Of a stretch of DNA of 64,000 bases, positions 12,712 through 25,716 are shown in pieces. The position numbers and the translations under genes were made by a program. Each line of letters begins with the position of its first letter. The stretch's first letter is position 1. The stretch is taken from the NCBI RefSeq assembly GCF_003918875.1, contig NW_025767123.1, positions 310,001-374,000 of the forward strand. The letters are read 5' to 3'. The notes under the pieces are model-generated. The model ran no database searches. It saw nothing but the letters and a program-made list of their open reading frames with translations, and had not been told where the DNA came from. The stretch comes from Haliotis rubra (taxonomy: Eukaryota).

Positions 12712-12935
12712 TGTTTGTTGTTTAACATCAAACTCAGCTATATTAAAGCTATATGGCGGCGGTCTGGACCAGACAATCCAGCGATCAACATCATAAGCAT
12801 CGATCTACGTAATTGGGACACGATGACATGTATCAACCAAGTCAGAGAGCCTGACCACCCGATCCCGTTAGTCGCCTCTTACGACAAGCATGGGTTACTG
12901 AAGACCAATTCTAACCAGGATCTTCATGGGTCCGA
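12712..12935 (-). mobile_element. SINE family 2 (MetaSINE-like), best copy
   Basis: 12-bp TSD accaccgttgtt (12700-12711 / 12936-12947). Contains cccatgcttgtcgtaagaggcgactaa on the minus strand. Same insertion at ~42967-43176. Confidence 0.85.
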
Positions 12936-13295
12936 ACCACCGTTGTTCATATGAACAAGATTGCTGACTTGCAAATATGAATCTCTATTCACAGGACATT
13001 TACAATTGGCGGGAACGACCCCATATGGCATATTCACCTTAACACTAGATAACTGATTGTTCGTTACGGTATTTACACAAGCATACTCTTGGGGTAGTAT
13101 GACATTTATTGCAGTCTAAATGACGAAAACAATCGCCAGGAGAACAAAGCCCAAACTTGATAAAAAGTTAAGCATTTAGTGTTATTAATTACCCCTATAC
13201 GTATTCCAAACCTGACTTCATCGCATTTAAACTTAACTGATAAACGACCACAGTAAGTCAAGATTGTTAAGATGTTTGCTACTAATACCGCACTC

Positions 13296-13735
13296 TGCAG
13301 TAATCCAGCAATATGACGGTTGCTTGGATATAATCGTGAACCAGACAATCCGGTGAGCCTGACCTATTGATCAATTACACCACATCTTAAGACCAGCAAG
13401 GGTTCCCATGGACAAAACTCTATATACTGGAATCCCAATGGGGTTATTTTCGTAATATGTATTTGCATGTGTGCATACATTCCTAACTTATGTCAGGTTT
13501 TCCCGTTTAGTGAGGCCCCGACTAATACGTAATCCAGCAATGTGACGGCTGCTTGTATATAATCGTGAACCAGACAATCCGGTGAGTCTGACCCAAGAGT
13601 TGTTAAAAGGACAAATCTCTATGAACTAGAATCCCAATGGGGCGATTTTGGTCATATGTATGTGCATACATTGCTAATTTTGTTTGTCCATACGTCAGGT
13701 TTTCCGGTTTAATAAGGTCCTGCCTAATACGGTTA
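13296..13735. repeat. Tandem pair of ~230-bp diverged repeats
   Basis: gtaatccagcaat...aatcgtgaaccagacaatccggtgag...aatcccaatgggg...ggttttcc occurs twice; the same pair recurs at ~43535-43975. Confidence 0.8.
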
Positions 13736-13839
13736 CGCGGTAATTATCGTACATCATAGTACATAAGCAACCAAAGTAACTCAAAGTGCCCATGCTATCG
13801 TGCAGCTCACCAATGTGTTCAATATTTTAAAATCGCCTT

Positions 13840-14925
13840 TTATTAGTTATATTGAAAACAGTGTTTCTGAGACATTCGGAGCTTTTCGTGTGCGATCGTG
13901 GGTATTATCTCATCAACTAGATTCCAGATAGACATGAATGAATACATAGACATGGTATGTTTTATACTTAATACTGATTCGTCGGATTTGTTGGCTCTTG
14001 CTTTTATTAAGGAATTAATGAGAAGGTCATCGTGACATCACACGAGACTAGGTTAAATAAATACTGCAGGAGACGATTAATCTTTAGATGTAAAGCACGA
14101 AGGCAAATGCCTTCTCATCAAATAATCATTCTGTACATGTCGTAGTGATTTACAAGCTTTGATCGGGAATGTAAATAAAACATGGTCGCAAATAGATCTT
14201 TTTCACTTTCCTTTCAACTTATGGATAACGTCTGTGTAATACAATCTCGGATATACGGTCGTGTTCCGTTGACTGAAAAAACAACCAAGTAACTTTTAAT
14301 CACTTTTATGATATTTATAAACACATACATGCTAAAAACATGAGATTTATCTCGAATGAATGCTTCGTGTTTTGTTGCATTAGGCAAAAGTAAATCCCGA
14401 TAAGGAGTGAAACGCATGACGAGATATTGCAGATATTGTGGAAATCGAAGTGTATGATCTTTGAAATGGTGAAGGAAATTTTGGCTCAGTTGTTATGGCA
14501 ACATGAAAAGTGTAATAATCTGAATAAAGTTGAATTGGAAACCTCCGCACTGTAGAAGGCTGTATCTCCAAACGGCTGACTGTGGTGCCTTCAACCACTG
14601 TTTCGCACGTTTCCCCAGTTTGAAAAGACAATTATAACGTTTCTACATGAAAATACATCTTACACTCCAGGGAGTGAAAGGTCTGAAGTAGGTTATCTAA
14701 CGTGACTTTGTACAAATCAAATACTGAGGTGGCTAGAACAGCAAATGTTACTACATTGGTAGAAAGAATGATATTTGTGTGTGTGTGTGTGTGTGTGGGG
14801 GGGGGGGGGGTTTACACTAGAATATATGTAATAACGTAATGGGTATTTAACTATACATATACAACCCTTTAACGTCAACATACATTCCAGGGCTGTCAGT
14901 TATTACACAAAACAAATAAGCAGTT
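13840..14925 (+). pseudogene. Contiguous decayed modules B (CTLD-like) and C (CUB-like)
   Basis: The module B homolog runs directly into the module C homolog with no apparent intron; (GT)n/G-run expansion at 14777-14811. Confidence 0.45.
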
Positions 14926-15045
14926 AGACAGGCTTTAAATGGACACTTGTGTGTCTATCTGATCACATGAATGCAATGTATGATCACATATGTTCTGAAT
15001 GTTTTTCAATTTAATATGGAAGGTTTTGTGGTCTTGTGGATGGAT

Positions 15046-15295
15046 TTGGTTTGGGTTGGTTTGTTGTTTAACGCCACACGCAGCAATATTCCAGTTATAT
15101 GGCGGCAGTCTGTAAATACATGTAATCGAGTGTGGACCAGACAATCCAGTGATGAACAGCATGAACATCGCGCCACGCAATTTCTGATACGATGACATGT
15201 CTCAACCAAGTCATTAAGCCTGACCACCCGACCCCGTTAGTCGTCTCTCAATCATGGGTTACTCAAGATCAGTTCTAAGCCGGATCGACACGGGA
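15046..15295 (-). mobile_element. SINE family 2
   Basis: Matches 12712-12935; same insertion site as 25850-26078 and 37848-38076. Confidence 0.8.
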
Positions 15296-15849
15296 ACGAC
15301 TACGAGGTATGTCAAATACTGGAATTGCATCGGATACAATTTGATATTTTGATCAAGAAGTGCCTCTTTTACTCTGTATTAAAGCTTGCAAAAAATAAGA
15401 AAAAACAGTTGAATTATTGATCTCAAGTCAGGATTCGAACCCATCTTGTCCTTTACAAAATCATCCCGGTAGTGACCGAATTACCAGCAGCGTTCTTCCA
15501 GAAATAGTGAATCGTCCAGTCTGCACAACATTCTAATTTGAACGTATAAGACATTTACTATACTCCATCACTTCCCACTCCCGCGTATACACATCCAGCT
15601 CAGTGGGGAACGTTCATCGATCGCGTTCCGCTAATCTGGAGAACTAACAGAGTCATCTGCAGTTGAGTGAACTGAGCTCCGAACAGTGAAATTAGCTCAA
15701 ACACTGTCAACAACCATCTTATTGTAACCATTTGATGGCGATGAATGGAGTGTGTGGTTGCAAATGACCCTCCTGTCTGACCTTACTGGCCATCGGTTAC
15801 GCACAAACGCACTAAGGAGATGAACTAGCGAGCTGGCATATCTGACAGA

Positions 15850-18800
15850 GGTTATCCCCCATTTGACAGACACCCATTTGACAGACACCCAATTGACAGA
15901 CACTGAACTAGAAGGTTAATTAGGGTAACACCTACGGGTATAATGGAACAGTCCACTTTCTAGTGAGTAGAGCAGGGTGAGCCTGAAACAGGTTCGTTAC
16001 TGAGAAGTTTGATTGTAGGTAAATAGAACTTTGTTGTGATTAAATTATAAATGATTTCTCTTCTCAAAATTGATTTTACTATCAATTACTATCGAATATA
16101 AAAACAGGTTTGTCACTGAGAGGTTTGATTGTGTTTATTGATAGAAAAGACCCCTCCCAATAATAGCATATGTACAACAGAAGTTAACTGAGAAAACGTA
16201 TGTTGGAGAGATATAGATATGTACATATTTGAAAACATTCTGATTTGCAGTAAATGATACACCTGCATTGCCATGTAAGATACGATTAATACCAATCAGT
16301 GTTCTAATTTTAACAATACTTTCTAAAGATTGTAACAATTTATGTCCTTGAGTAGTATACAATGGACATAATAATAATAATTGGCTTGTATAGCGCCTAG
16401 TTTCCATCACATATGCTCAACGGCGCTGCATACACAGTTAGTGTGAAAAAGAGTTCATTCGAGGAAGTAATATAAACCATTCTCACATCCATGGCCACAT
16501 TGACATGATACGTCATATTTTAAATATTTATTCTAACTAAATCGTAATTAAGTGCACTCGCCATATATCTTAATATTGTGTGCAAAACATATAACTTCTT
16601 TATTTCATATGAATAATATTTAGGTTCACATTTGTCTTCATTTGATTTATATGATACAACAGTGTCGCAATTTCTAATAGCTAAGCTAATGTTTTCAATA
16701 TGATGATGCCGACTCCCGTTAGACTAGAAGGTTAAACCGAAATGTTTATGAATATAAACTGTTTTTATATTGCAGCAATAAAAATTCGAATTACTGTCTT
16801 TTCGTCCATCTTTCAAAATAAATAATATAGCTTCAGTTTGTTCCTGTTTCCTGTCGTGAATAGGGACATAAGTATTGAAGAGGTGGAGTTTGCTCTTGGT
16901 AGTTTACGACCTAATAAAAGTCCTGGTCCAGATGGTATTCCACCTGAGATGTTTAAAGTTAACAAAATTGTTTTGCAGTCATATTTATGTACTTTGTTTA
17001 ATGGCGTTTTTAGGTCAGGTAAATTTCCAGATCAGTGGTCACTTAGTATTATATTTCCATTGCATAAAAAAGGAAGCATTCATGAAGTAAATAATTATCG
17101 TGGTATCTCTCTTATGGATATTTGTGGCAAAGTTTTTACTTCCATTTTGAACAGGCGTTTGAAAGAGGTTGTTGACGTGTTAGATATGTACCCTGAGTGT
17201 CAAGGTGGCTTCCTTAAGGGCTATTCTACGGTCGATAACATTTTTACACTCCAAATTGTTATACAGAAATATTTGTCAAAAACAGGAGGTAGATTTTATT
17301 GTTTACTTGTTGATTTTCGTAAGGCGTTTGATTCAGTTAAAGAGATCTTCTTTGGTTTGTTCGGTTATCTAATTGTGTCCATGGTCCTATCTTCAATATC
17401 ATTAGAGATATGTATTCAAAGACAAAGGCTAGTGTTAAGCTAAACAATTTAAATGTTTCGGAATATTTTGATTCTTTGAGTGGGGTTCGGCAAGATTGTA
17501 TTTTAAGTCCTCTTCTATTTGGGTTGTTTGTTAACCAGTTGTATACGGAAATAATTACTTGTGGTGACAGGGGCGTATTTATTGATCCAGAGTTTATGGA
17601 ATTGTATATGCTACTGTATGAAGATGATTTATGTTTGTTTGCAGATTCTGCCATTAGTCTTCAGAGGAAGATCAATGTATTACTACAGTTTTGCAAAAAA
17701 TGGGGCTTGTCTGTAAATTTTGAGAAAACAGAAGTGCTAGTGTTTAGAAATGGTGGTAAATTAAGGCGGTATGAATCATGGTACTTTGATGATCAAAAGC
17801 TAAACGTTTCTACATATTATAATTATTTGGGTTTATTGTTTTCAAATAGACTTTCATGGTCTAAATCGGTTCAAAATCTGGTAAATAAAGCGAATAACGC
17901 CTTGTGCTCAGTTAAGGTTTTTGGTAGGAGACTTAAAAATATTTCTCCATTTATTTTGTTCAAAATCTTTGACGTTCAGATAAAGCCGATAATTTTGTAT
18001 ACTTCGGAAATATGGGGTTTTCGGAAATGGCATGTTATTGAACAGTTTTACATCAGATTTTGTAAGTATGTGTTGGGGGTAAGTTATACATGCTCTAACG
18101 CTGCTGTATTGGCGGAATGTGGTAGAAATTATATTTATGTTGATAGTTTATTACGTGTTATGAAGTATTGGTTCAAACTGTTACGCTTACCAAAGGATAG
18201 AAATCCAAAGCAGTGCTATATTATGTTGCACAATTTAGACAAAGTTGGTAGGAAAACGTTGGTACATTTTGTCCGAAATACTTTGTTCAATTATGGTTTT
18301 GGTTTTGTGTGGGAAGCTCAAGGAGTTGGCAACGAGGAACAATTTTGGAAAGATTTTCAGAAATGCACAAATGTTCATCGCTTGATGTCTATTCCAGTAT
18401 CAAAAGTGTATTTTGCATTGAGCCACATTTACTTTTATTGAAATCTAAAGATGCGAGGCGTCGAATAACAATGTTACGAATCGGTGCACTTCCAATATAT
18501 AAAGATACCGGTAGATTTGATGGAGTTCCGAGGCACCAAAGACTATGTAATATTTGTAATGATAATTTTGTAGAAAATGAATTTCATTTCCTATTTGAAT
18601 GTAAAATTTATCATGATTTGCGCTATAAGTATTTTAAAGCATTACCAAATTACATAGATCAGCAATACTTTCTAAACACATTATCCTGTACAAAGTTTTC
18701 AACACTAACAAATTGTTCTTCTTACATTAAGGAAGCATTGTCATTGCGTTCTTTATACACATAAACGTGATTGTCAAATGCCACTATCTTATAATTACAC

Positions 18801-18991
18801 ATGCTTATTTGTATTGTACGTGGGCCTAAGGCCTTGTTACGAAATAAACTTGATTGATTGATTGTGTTTTTATTTGGACTATTCCATTATAATGTGTAGG
18901 TAACAGGTAGTAGATAATCTGTTCACTGAACCGTAAATGTTGTTGTTTTAATGTGTCTGCTAACTGGCTGTCTGCGTAATGGGAGGACACC
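15850..18991. mobile_element. Non-autonomous DNA transposon with imperfect TIRs, hosting a LINE
   Basis: Left end ggttatcccccatttgacagacacccatttgacagacac versus reverse complement of right end ggtgtcctcccattacgcagacagccagttagcagacac; inner inverted repeat tataatggaacagtcca / tggactattccattata; absent from paralogs. Confidence 0.65.
16838..18865 (+). mobile_element. 5'-truncated, frameshifted non-LTR retrotransposon ORF2 (RT plus C-terminal CCHC; RTEX/CR1-group-like)
   Basis: Motifs SPGPDGI, NYRGISL, DFRKAFDSV, GVRQDCILSPLLF, LYEDD and RLCNICN..ENEFHFLFEC over three frames; AATAAA then (TTGA)n tail. Confidence 0.95.
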
Positions 18992-21900
18992 AGTTCTTGA
19001 TTGATCGTTTATGGTGCTAATGTCGCCTGTTGCTACAGATATTTGACAGAAGGGCAGGTGCGTCTCCAATCTGCATTTAGAGCTTGATAGTAGACGAGTA
19101 GCAGTAGTATGACATGAGTACTATCCTAATAAGTAGGTTGTAAATGAGTGTGGGCAACTTTCATTCGATGTTTCCTCTCCTTGACTCTCTGACTTGGTTC
19201 TGAGACTGAAAGCAAACTCAATTCTCAGACCCTGATTGAAGATTTGTTATTCAGTTTGTTGCATGGTTGTATCGTCCGACCCGTTGAACACCACAGTATA
19301 ATATTTCTATTTTTTTCACTTCTACTTCAATAATCTGGCATTTTCCTAATGATACATTAATGTTGCTCTAATACAAATCCATCTCCAGTTATGGAAAGCA
19401 AGTTTGTTTTATGAGTTGTCACAGAGCTTACAATCAATATAACCCATCACTTCTGCCCCCCTTGTGTTGTTCATTAAGATGAATGACCATGCTGTCCTGG
19501 TTGTCTTAGTCATACATTGAGGTCGATAGTTTTCATTTCTGTATGGAGAAAATAAATCAGTCTCTGTCATATTGAGCACTTGTCCGTCTAATTTCTCACA
19601 CGAACAAATAATGATACTTGATAACTCATACATTTCTGAACGAATGCCCATGGAACGTTCTTATCACAAAACAACTTGAGTAGTTTCGTGACTTGTATTG
19701 ATTTGTACTTAGGAATTTAACCATCGTCATCTGAAACGTTTTTCATACAATGTACCATTTCAAATAAATTTTTTTTAGTATTACGTATGTCCACCGTATC
19801 TTCTGCAAGTGACATTTATTGATTGTTTGCCACAATACCTTTATGACTGGCTGTGAGAGGGATGTAAATGAGCCAAAACCTTCAACATCTTAACTGAAAT
19901 ATGACATCCCAAGCTGAAACACTCCTCCTGACCTTCCAGATGAATACTTATGTCTCCAAAAGTATTTTCGAAATTTATTTTCAGTGACGTAGAGCTGACG
20001 AGTCAATCAACAAATGATGTCCTCACTTTCTTCATAAAATTGACTGTTGAAGCCAGTTAGAGATGGACTCGGGTGAGTGTAGCTGGAGGCTAAATTAGAG
20101 GTTGTACTTGTTGATTTTCGTAAGGCGTTTGATTCAGTTAATAGAGATCTTCTTTGGTTTGTTCTGTTATCGAATAGTGTCCATGGTCCTATCTTCAATA
20201 TCATTAGAGATATGTATTCAAAGACAAAGGCTAGTGTTAAGCTGAACAATTTAAATGTTTCGGAATATTTTGATTCTTTGAGTGGGGTTCGGCAAGGTTG
20301 TATTTTAAGTCCTCTTCTATTTGGGTTGTTTGTTAACCAGTTGTATACGGAAATAATTACTTGTGGTGACAGGGGCGTATTTATTGATCCAGAGTTTATG
20401 GAATTGTATATGCTACTGTATGAAGATGATTTATGTTTGTTTGCAGATTCTGCCATTAGTCTTCAGAGGAAGATCAATGTATTACTACAGATTTGCAAAA
20501 AATGGGGCTTGTCTGTAAATTTTGAGAAAACAGAAGTGCTAGTGTTTAGAAATGGTGGTAAATTAAGGCGGTATGAATCATGGTACTTTGATGATCAAAA
20601 GCTAAACGTTTCTACATATTATAATTATTTGGGTTTATTGTTTTCAAATAGACTTTCATGGTCTAAATCGGTTCAAAATCTGGTAAATAAAGCGAATAAC
20701 GCCTTGTGCTCAGTTAAGGTTTTTGGTAGGAGACTTAAAAATATTTCTCCATTTATTTTGTTCAAAATCTTTGACGTTCAGATAAAGCCGATAAATTTGT
20801 ACGCTTCGGAAATATGGGGTTTTCGGAAATGGCATGTTATTGAACAGTTTTACATCAGATTTTGTAAGTATGTGTTGGGCGTAAGTTATACATGCTCTAA
20901 CGCTGCTGTATTGGCGGAATGTGGTAGAAATTATATTTATGTTGATAGTTTATTACGTGTTATGAAGTATTGGTTCAAACTGTTACGCTTACCAAAGGAT
21001 AGAAATCCAAAGCAGTGCTATATTATGTTGCACAATTTAGACAAAGTTGGTAGGAAAACGTTGGTACATTTTGTCCGAAATACTTTGTTCAATTATGGTT
21101 TTGGTTTTGTGTGTGAAGCTCAAGGAGTTGGCAACGAGGAACAATTTTGGAAAGATTTTCAGAAATGCACAAATGTTCATCGCTTGATGTCTATTATAGG
21201 ATCAAAAGTGTATTTTGCATTGAGCCATATTTAACTTTATTGAAATCTAAAGATGCGAGGCGTCGAATAACAATGTTACGAATCGGTGCACTTCCAATAT
21301 ATAAAGATACCGGTAGATTTGATGGAGTTCCGAGGCACCAAAGACTATGTAATATTTGTAATGATAATTTTGTAGAAAATGAATTTCATTTCCTATTTGA
21401 ATGTAAAATTTATCATGATTTGCGCTATAAGTATTTTAAAGCATTACCAAATTACATAGATCAGCAATACTTTCTAAACACATTATCCTGTACAAAGTTT
21501 TCAACACTAACAAATTGTTCTTCTTACATTAAGGAAGCATTGTCATTGCGTTCTTTATACACATAAACGTGATTGTCAAATGCCACTATCTTATAATTAC
21601 ACATGCTTATTTGTATTGTACGTGGGCCTAAGGCCTTGTTACGAAATAAACTTGATTGATTGATTGTGTTTTTATTTGGACTATTCCATTATAATGTGTA
21701 GGTAACAGGTAGTAGATAATCTGTTCACTGAACCGTAAATGTTGTTGTTTTAATGTGTCTGCTAACTGGCTGTCTGCGTAATGGGAGGACACCAGTTCTT
21801 GATTGATCGTTTATGGTGCTAATGTCGCCTGTTGCTACAGATATTTGACAGAAGGGCAGGTGCGTCTCCAATCTGCATTTAGAGCTTGATAGTAGACGAG

Positions 21901-22948
21901 TAGCAGTAGTATTACATGAGTACTATCCTAATAAGTAGGTTGTAAATGAGTGTGGGCAACTTTCATTCGATGTTTTCTCTCCTTGACTCTCTGCCTTGGT
22001 TCTGAGACTGAAAGCAAACTCAATTCTCAGACCCTGATTGAAGATTTGTTATTCAGTTTGTTGCATGGTTGTATCGTCCGACCCGTTGAACACCACAGTA
22101 TAATATTTCTATTTTTTTCACTTCTACTTCAATAATCTGGCATTTTCCTAATGATACATTAATGTTGCTCTAATACAAATCCATCTCCAGTTATGGAAAG
22201 CAAGTTTGTTTTATGAGTTGTCACAGAGCTTACAATCCAATATAACCCATCACTTCTGCCCCTCTTGTGTTGTTCATTAAGATGAATGACCATGCTGTCC
22301 TGGTTGTCTTAGTCATACATTGAGGTCGATAGTTTTCATTTCTGTATGGAGAAAATAAATCAGTCTCTGTCATATTGAGCACTTGTCCGTCTAATTTCTC
22401 ACACGAACAAATAATGATACTTGATAACTCATACATTTCTGAACGAATGCCCATGGAACGTTCTTATCACAAAACAACTTGAGTAGTTTCGTGACTTGTA
22501 TTGATTTGTACTTAGGAATTTAACCATCGTCATCTGAAACGTTTTTCATACAATGTACCATTTCAAATAAAAAATTTTTTAGTATTACGTATGTCCACCG
22601 TATCAAATAAATTTTTTTTTAGTATTACGTATGTCCACCGTATCTTCTGCAAGTGACATTTATTGATTGTGTGCCACAATACCTTTATGACTGGTTGTGA
22701 GAGGGATGTAAATGAGCCAAAACCTTCAACATCTTAACTGAAATATGACATCCCAAGCTGAAACACTCCTCCTGACCTTCCAGATGAATACTTATGTCTC
22801 CAAAAGTATTTTCGAAATTTATTTTCAGTGACGTAAAGCTGACGAGTCAATCAACAAATGATGTCCTCACTTCCTTCATAAAATTGACTGTTGAAGCCAG
22901 TTAGAGATGGACTCGGGTGAGTGTAGCTGGAGGCTAAATTAGAGGTTG
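17304..22948 (+). repeat. Tandem duplication, ~2.8-kb unit x2
   Basis: 17304-20104 is near-identical to 20105-22948; 4-bp microhomology TACT at the junction. Confidence 0.92.
20105..21666 (+). mobile_element. Duplicated 3' part of the same LINE ORF2
   Basis: ORFs 20212-21234 and 21147-21566 are near-identical to 17410-18441 and 18309-18764. Confidence 0.95.
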
Positions 22949-23050
22949 TACTGTCAGTATAAGTCTTCTTGCTTAACCAGGTGTGAGGAGAGGGATTGAC
23001 ACACTTTTAGGTGACGGGAGCTCGATCTCCATTTTCATGATATATATGGG
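22234..23050 (-). pseudogene. Decayed long exon: module A (CUB-like) plus CTLD N-terminal half
   Basis: RYCG, NYSSCFV, CEKLDGQVL and GYIG(L) followed by donor GTAAGC. Copies at 19432-20104, 27118-27900, 39608-39995 (-) and 49090-49846 (+). Confidence 0.5.
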
Positions 23051-24091
23051 AAAAGCATCATGGGGCTGTGGCGTTTAAATCCTATACCAGATTTAGCTTA
23101 AGCACAGTTGTGTAAGCTGGGACGGTTCCATTGATTTTATAAATGAATAATGCAACGGTAGATGCAATATTTGAACAGATGTGTAAGTTTCGCTGATTGA
23201 ATTTGGAGCTGTAAACTAAGTCTGTTTTAACAATGTACATAGTGACAAATCAGTTTAATGTGACAAGATGTTTGATTTTGTGAAATGAGGAATAACGCTG
23301 CATTAGAAAAGATTTTATACCGCTGTTTCAGTATTGGGGAATCAAAAGGCCAAACGATGTAAGGTCTAGATGACTTAGTTATCTAAATGATAACACATGC
23401 ACTAGACATAGGTTGACGATGATGAACACATTCACACCAGGGCACACACATATAAACTGATCAGATGGACAATTCGCAGGTGATCATCCATAGGGGACTG
23501 TCATATGTCTGGCAAGCCTGGTTGACACGTCTTGCTTGTCTGATGATGTTACGTTCTGGCAATGTGGCTGTTTGATCATGATGTGTACCTTTAACAGGCA
23601 TAAATCTGACAATCTCAATCGACTGTGTTCCATACTGAATAATGTCAGTTCCTGTACCGAATATAACCACACAGTTGGATCCGAATCTAGATAGCAATGG
23701 TTTTCACAAGACTGATGTAGTTGATATTGATAAATCTATACATTTAAAAGTGATCTGTAAGGCTTGAAACTCTGTGACGATATGCGGGGATGTCAAATGA
23801 TCCGAGCCTTGTTTGCTTTAGGTTGTCTGAATAGGAATTGTAAATATCGCATTAATATTGTGGTTGATTTCTCATACGATATCGTTCAGCCTCGCTGCAA
23901 AAGTGCATTATGATACATATTGTGTGCTAGACGATACTTCTTCATAATGTCAAGGTGATCCCGAACGTCAAATGTACCCAGAGATTAATGTATTGTTTCT
24001 GTACTTATTGATTAAGGCTGCTATGGAACAATAGATAGGTTCATAAAAAACAGTGCGAAGATTGCAGCTTTCCACAATTCGTTCATTGCAG

Positions 24092-24447
24092 AGAAGATAT
24101 CTTATAAGCACATCTTCCTTGAGAGCAATTTCATGGTCAGTGCCTCACCACACAAGACAATGGACTTGAATGTGTCCTTTACTGGAAAGACCTGGTCATT
24201 AATTAGACCCCAAGGCAATAATTTCCTGTTATTGACACTCCGGGAAATTCTATTCCTGATAGAGGGTAAGCTAGCTGTAATTGCCAACATCACTGCCCCA
24301 GTGTAAACAGTGATGGAGTGGACAAAGACGTATGTGTGTGCAAAGCGTGGCCAGATCCGTGTATTATCTTCCATGGTTAATGCGTTGGAACTAATTTGGT
24401 ACTCATATAGCTATTCCGTTCATGAAATAAAATACATAGCCCAATGA
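24092..24447 (+). pseudogene. Decayed exon, module E (CUB-like)
   Basis: Acceptor ttcattgcag (phase 1). About 118 codons with one internal stop: ...TWSLIRPQGNNFLLLTLREILF...YVCAKRGQIRVLSSMVNALELIWYS. Copies at ~29113, 51069 (+) and 47640-48115 (-). Confidence 0.5.
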
Positions 24448-25103
24448 TTGGATGCAGTTTGTATACGAAGTCAGCTCACTAACATAATAGAAGCGACAAA
24501 ATCCTTTCCACATCCATAAGAAATCGTGATTGAGTACTACGAGTATATATTTGTTTCAGCAGTATTATAGTTGTATGATGTTGTTTGTAGACAAATCGAG
24601 TCTGGACCAGACAATCCCGTGATTGTCACCATGCGATACGATGACAGAGCATGTGTTTATGAATCACTATGATGATACCAGGTGTTCACGAAAAGGTGAG
24701 CGTATCCTGCCCCACCGGTGGCAGTTGTCTTAAGCATATCCTAAGCCTAGTCAGTTCTTCACCTGAACCAATTCGGGAACGTATGGTATAAGTCAAAATA
24801 GGGAATTGCATCGGACATCATTTTTATCACTGATGCATCAAATTTGGAAATTTCCTCCACATGTCTACCTGAAAACGCTAAATATGCAAGAATGCACTCA
24901 AATGTACATACATAAGGCATACATATCGGACATTTCATTTGTAACATTCTCATCGCACATCTCGCCAAACAAAAGATGTACCATATGTGCTTAAAGGAAA
25001 ACCATCATACATTTCGTAAAGTTGAAGCGTGTTGTATCACGCCTAATGTTAAAAGCTGCATGTACGATGTTCATGAAGACTTTGTTGAAACTCATAAGCA
25101 CGA

Positions 25104-25270
25104 GTGCGGTGGGGTAACCTAGTGGTTAAAGCGTCCGCTCGTCACGCCGAAAACCCGGGTTCGATTCCCTACATGGGTACAATGTGTGAAGCCCATTTCT
25201 GGTGTCTCTGGTGTCTCCCGCCGTGATATTGCTTGACTAAAACCATACTTACTCACTCACTCACTCACTC
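25104..25270 (+). mobile_element. SINE family 1
   Basis: A/B boxes, (CACT)n tail, TSD-like cataagcacg / cattagcacg; duplicated at 37113-37288. Confidence 0.9.
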
Positions 25271-25279
25271 ATTAGCACG

Positions 25280-25716
25280 TCCATGGTATTAACATGAAAT
25301 GTGTAGTTATCTTAGCAACGTTTGAATTCAAATCCTCCGCACTGTGGACGGGTGTAATTCCAAACGGCTAATTGTGGTGCTTTTAACTACTGTCTGGCAC
25401 GTTCCTCCAGTCTCGAAAGACAATCATATTGTTCCTATTTAGTAGGTATACATGACTATATATCTTGCACTCCAGACAGCGAATGGTTTGAAGTAGGTCA
25501 TCTAAAGGCACTTTGCACAAATCAAATACTGAGGTGGCTAGAATAGCATATATAACTACATTTGTGGAAATAATGATATTTGTGTGTGTCTGTGTACACC
25601 AGAATATATGTAATAACGTCATGGACATGTCATTTGATTATATATATACATTCTCCCTAAATGTCAATATACGTTCAAGAGCTGTCAATTATAACACAAC
25701 ACAAATAAGCAGTTAG
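25280..25716 (+). pseudogene. Decayed exon, module C (CUB-like)
   Basis: TVWHVPP..NHIV, DYISCTPDSEWFEV, YNYICGNN and GHVI*LYIY occur in CUB order across frameshifts. Confidence 0.5.

Larger units (their letters stand above)
10960..14540 (+). repeat. Segmental duplication, paralog of ~40003-44635
   Basis: Colinear shared blocks: SINE2 relic, module D, module A, TSD-flanked SINE2, ~230-bp tandem pair, module B. Confidence 0.8.
15415..19310 (-). pseudogene. Decayed exon, module D, split by a 3.1-kb nested insertion
   Basis: 15415-15849 joined to 18992-19310 matches the uninterrupted copies at 26240-26995 and 38240-38970. Confidence 0.5.
21795..24982 (+). repeat. Direct segmental duplication of ~26685-30020
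   Basis: Colinear and highly similar; ORF pairs 21950/26837, 23461/28496 and 24806/29843. Confidence 0.9.

Noticed and set aside
15858-15903. CRISPR-like or other prokaryotic system
   Set aside because: Short repeats lack spacers, there are no cas-like ORFs, and the context is clearly eukaryotic.
17337-17654. Minus-strand ORFs MAESANKH... (also 20007-20456)
   Set aside because: Antisense shadow of the LINE RT domain.
24125-24200. Kringle-like reading FHGQCLTTQDNGLECVLYW
   Set aside because: That frame has several stops and no NYCRNPD motif; the frame set by the splice acceptor is almost open and CUB-like.
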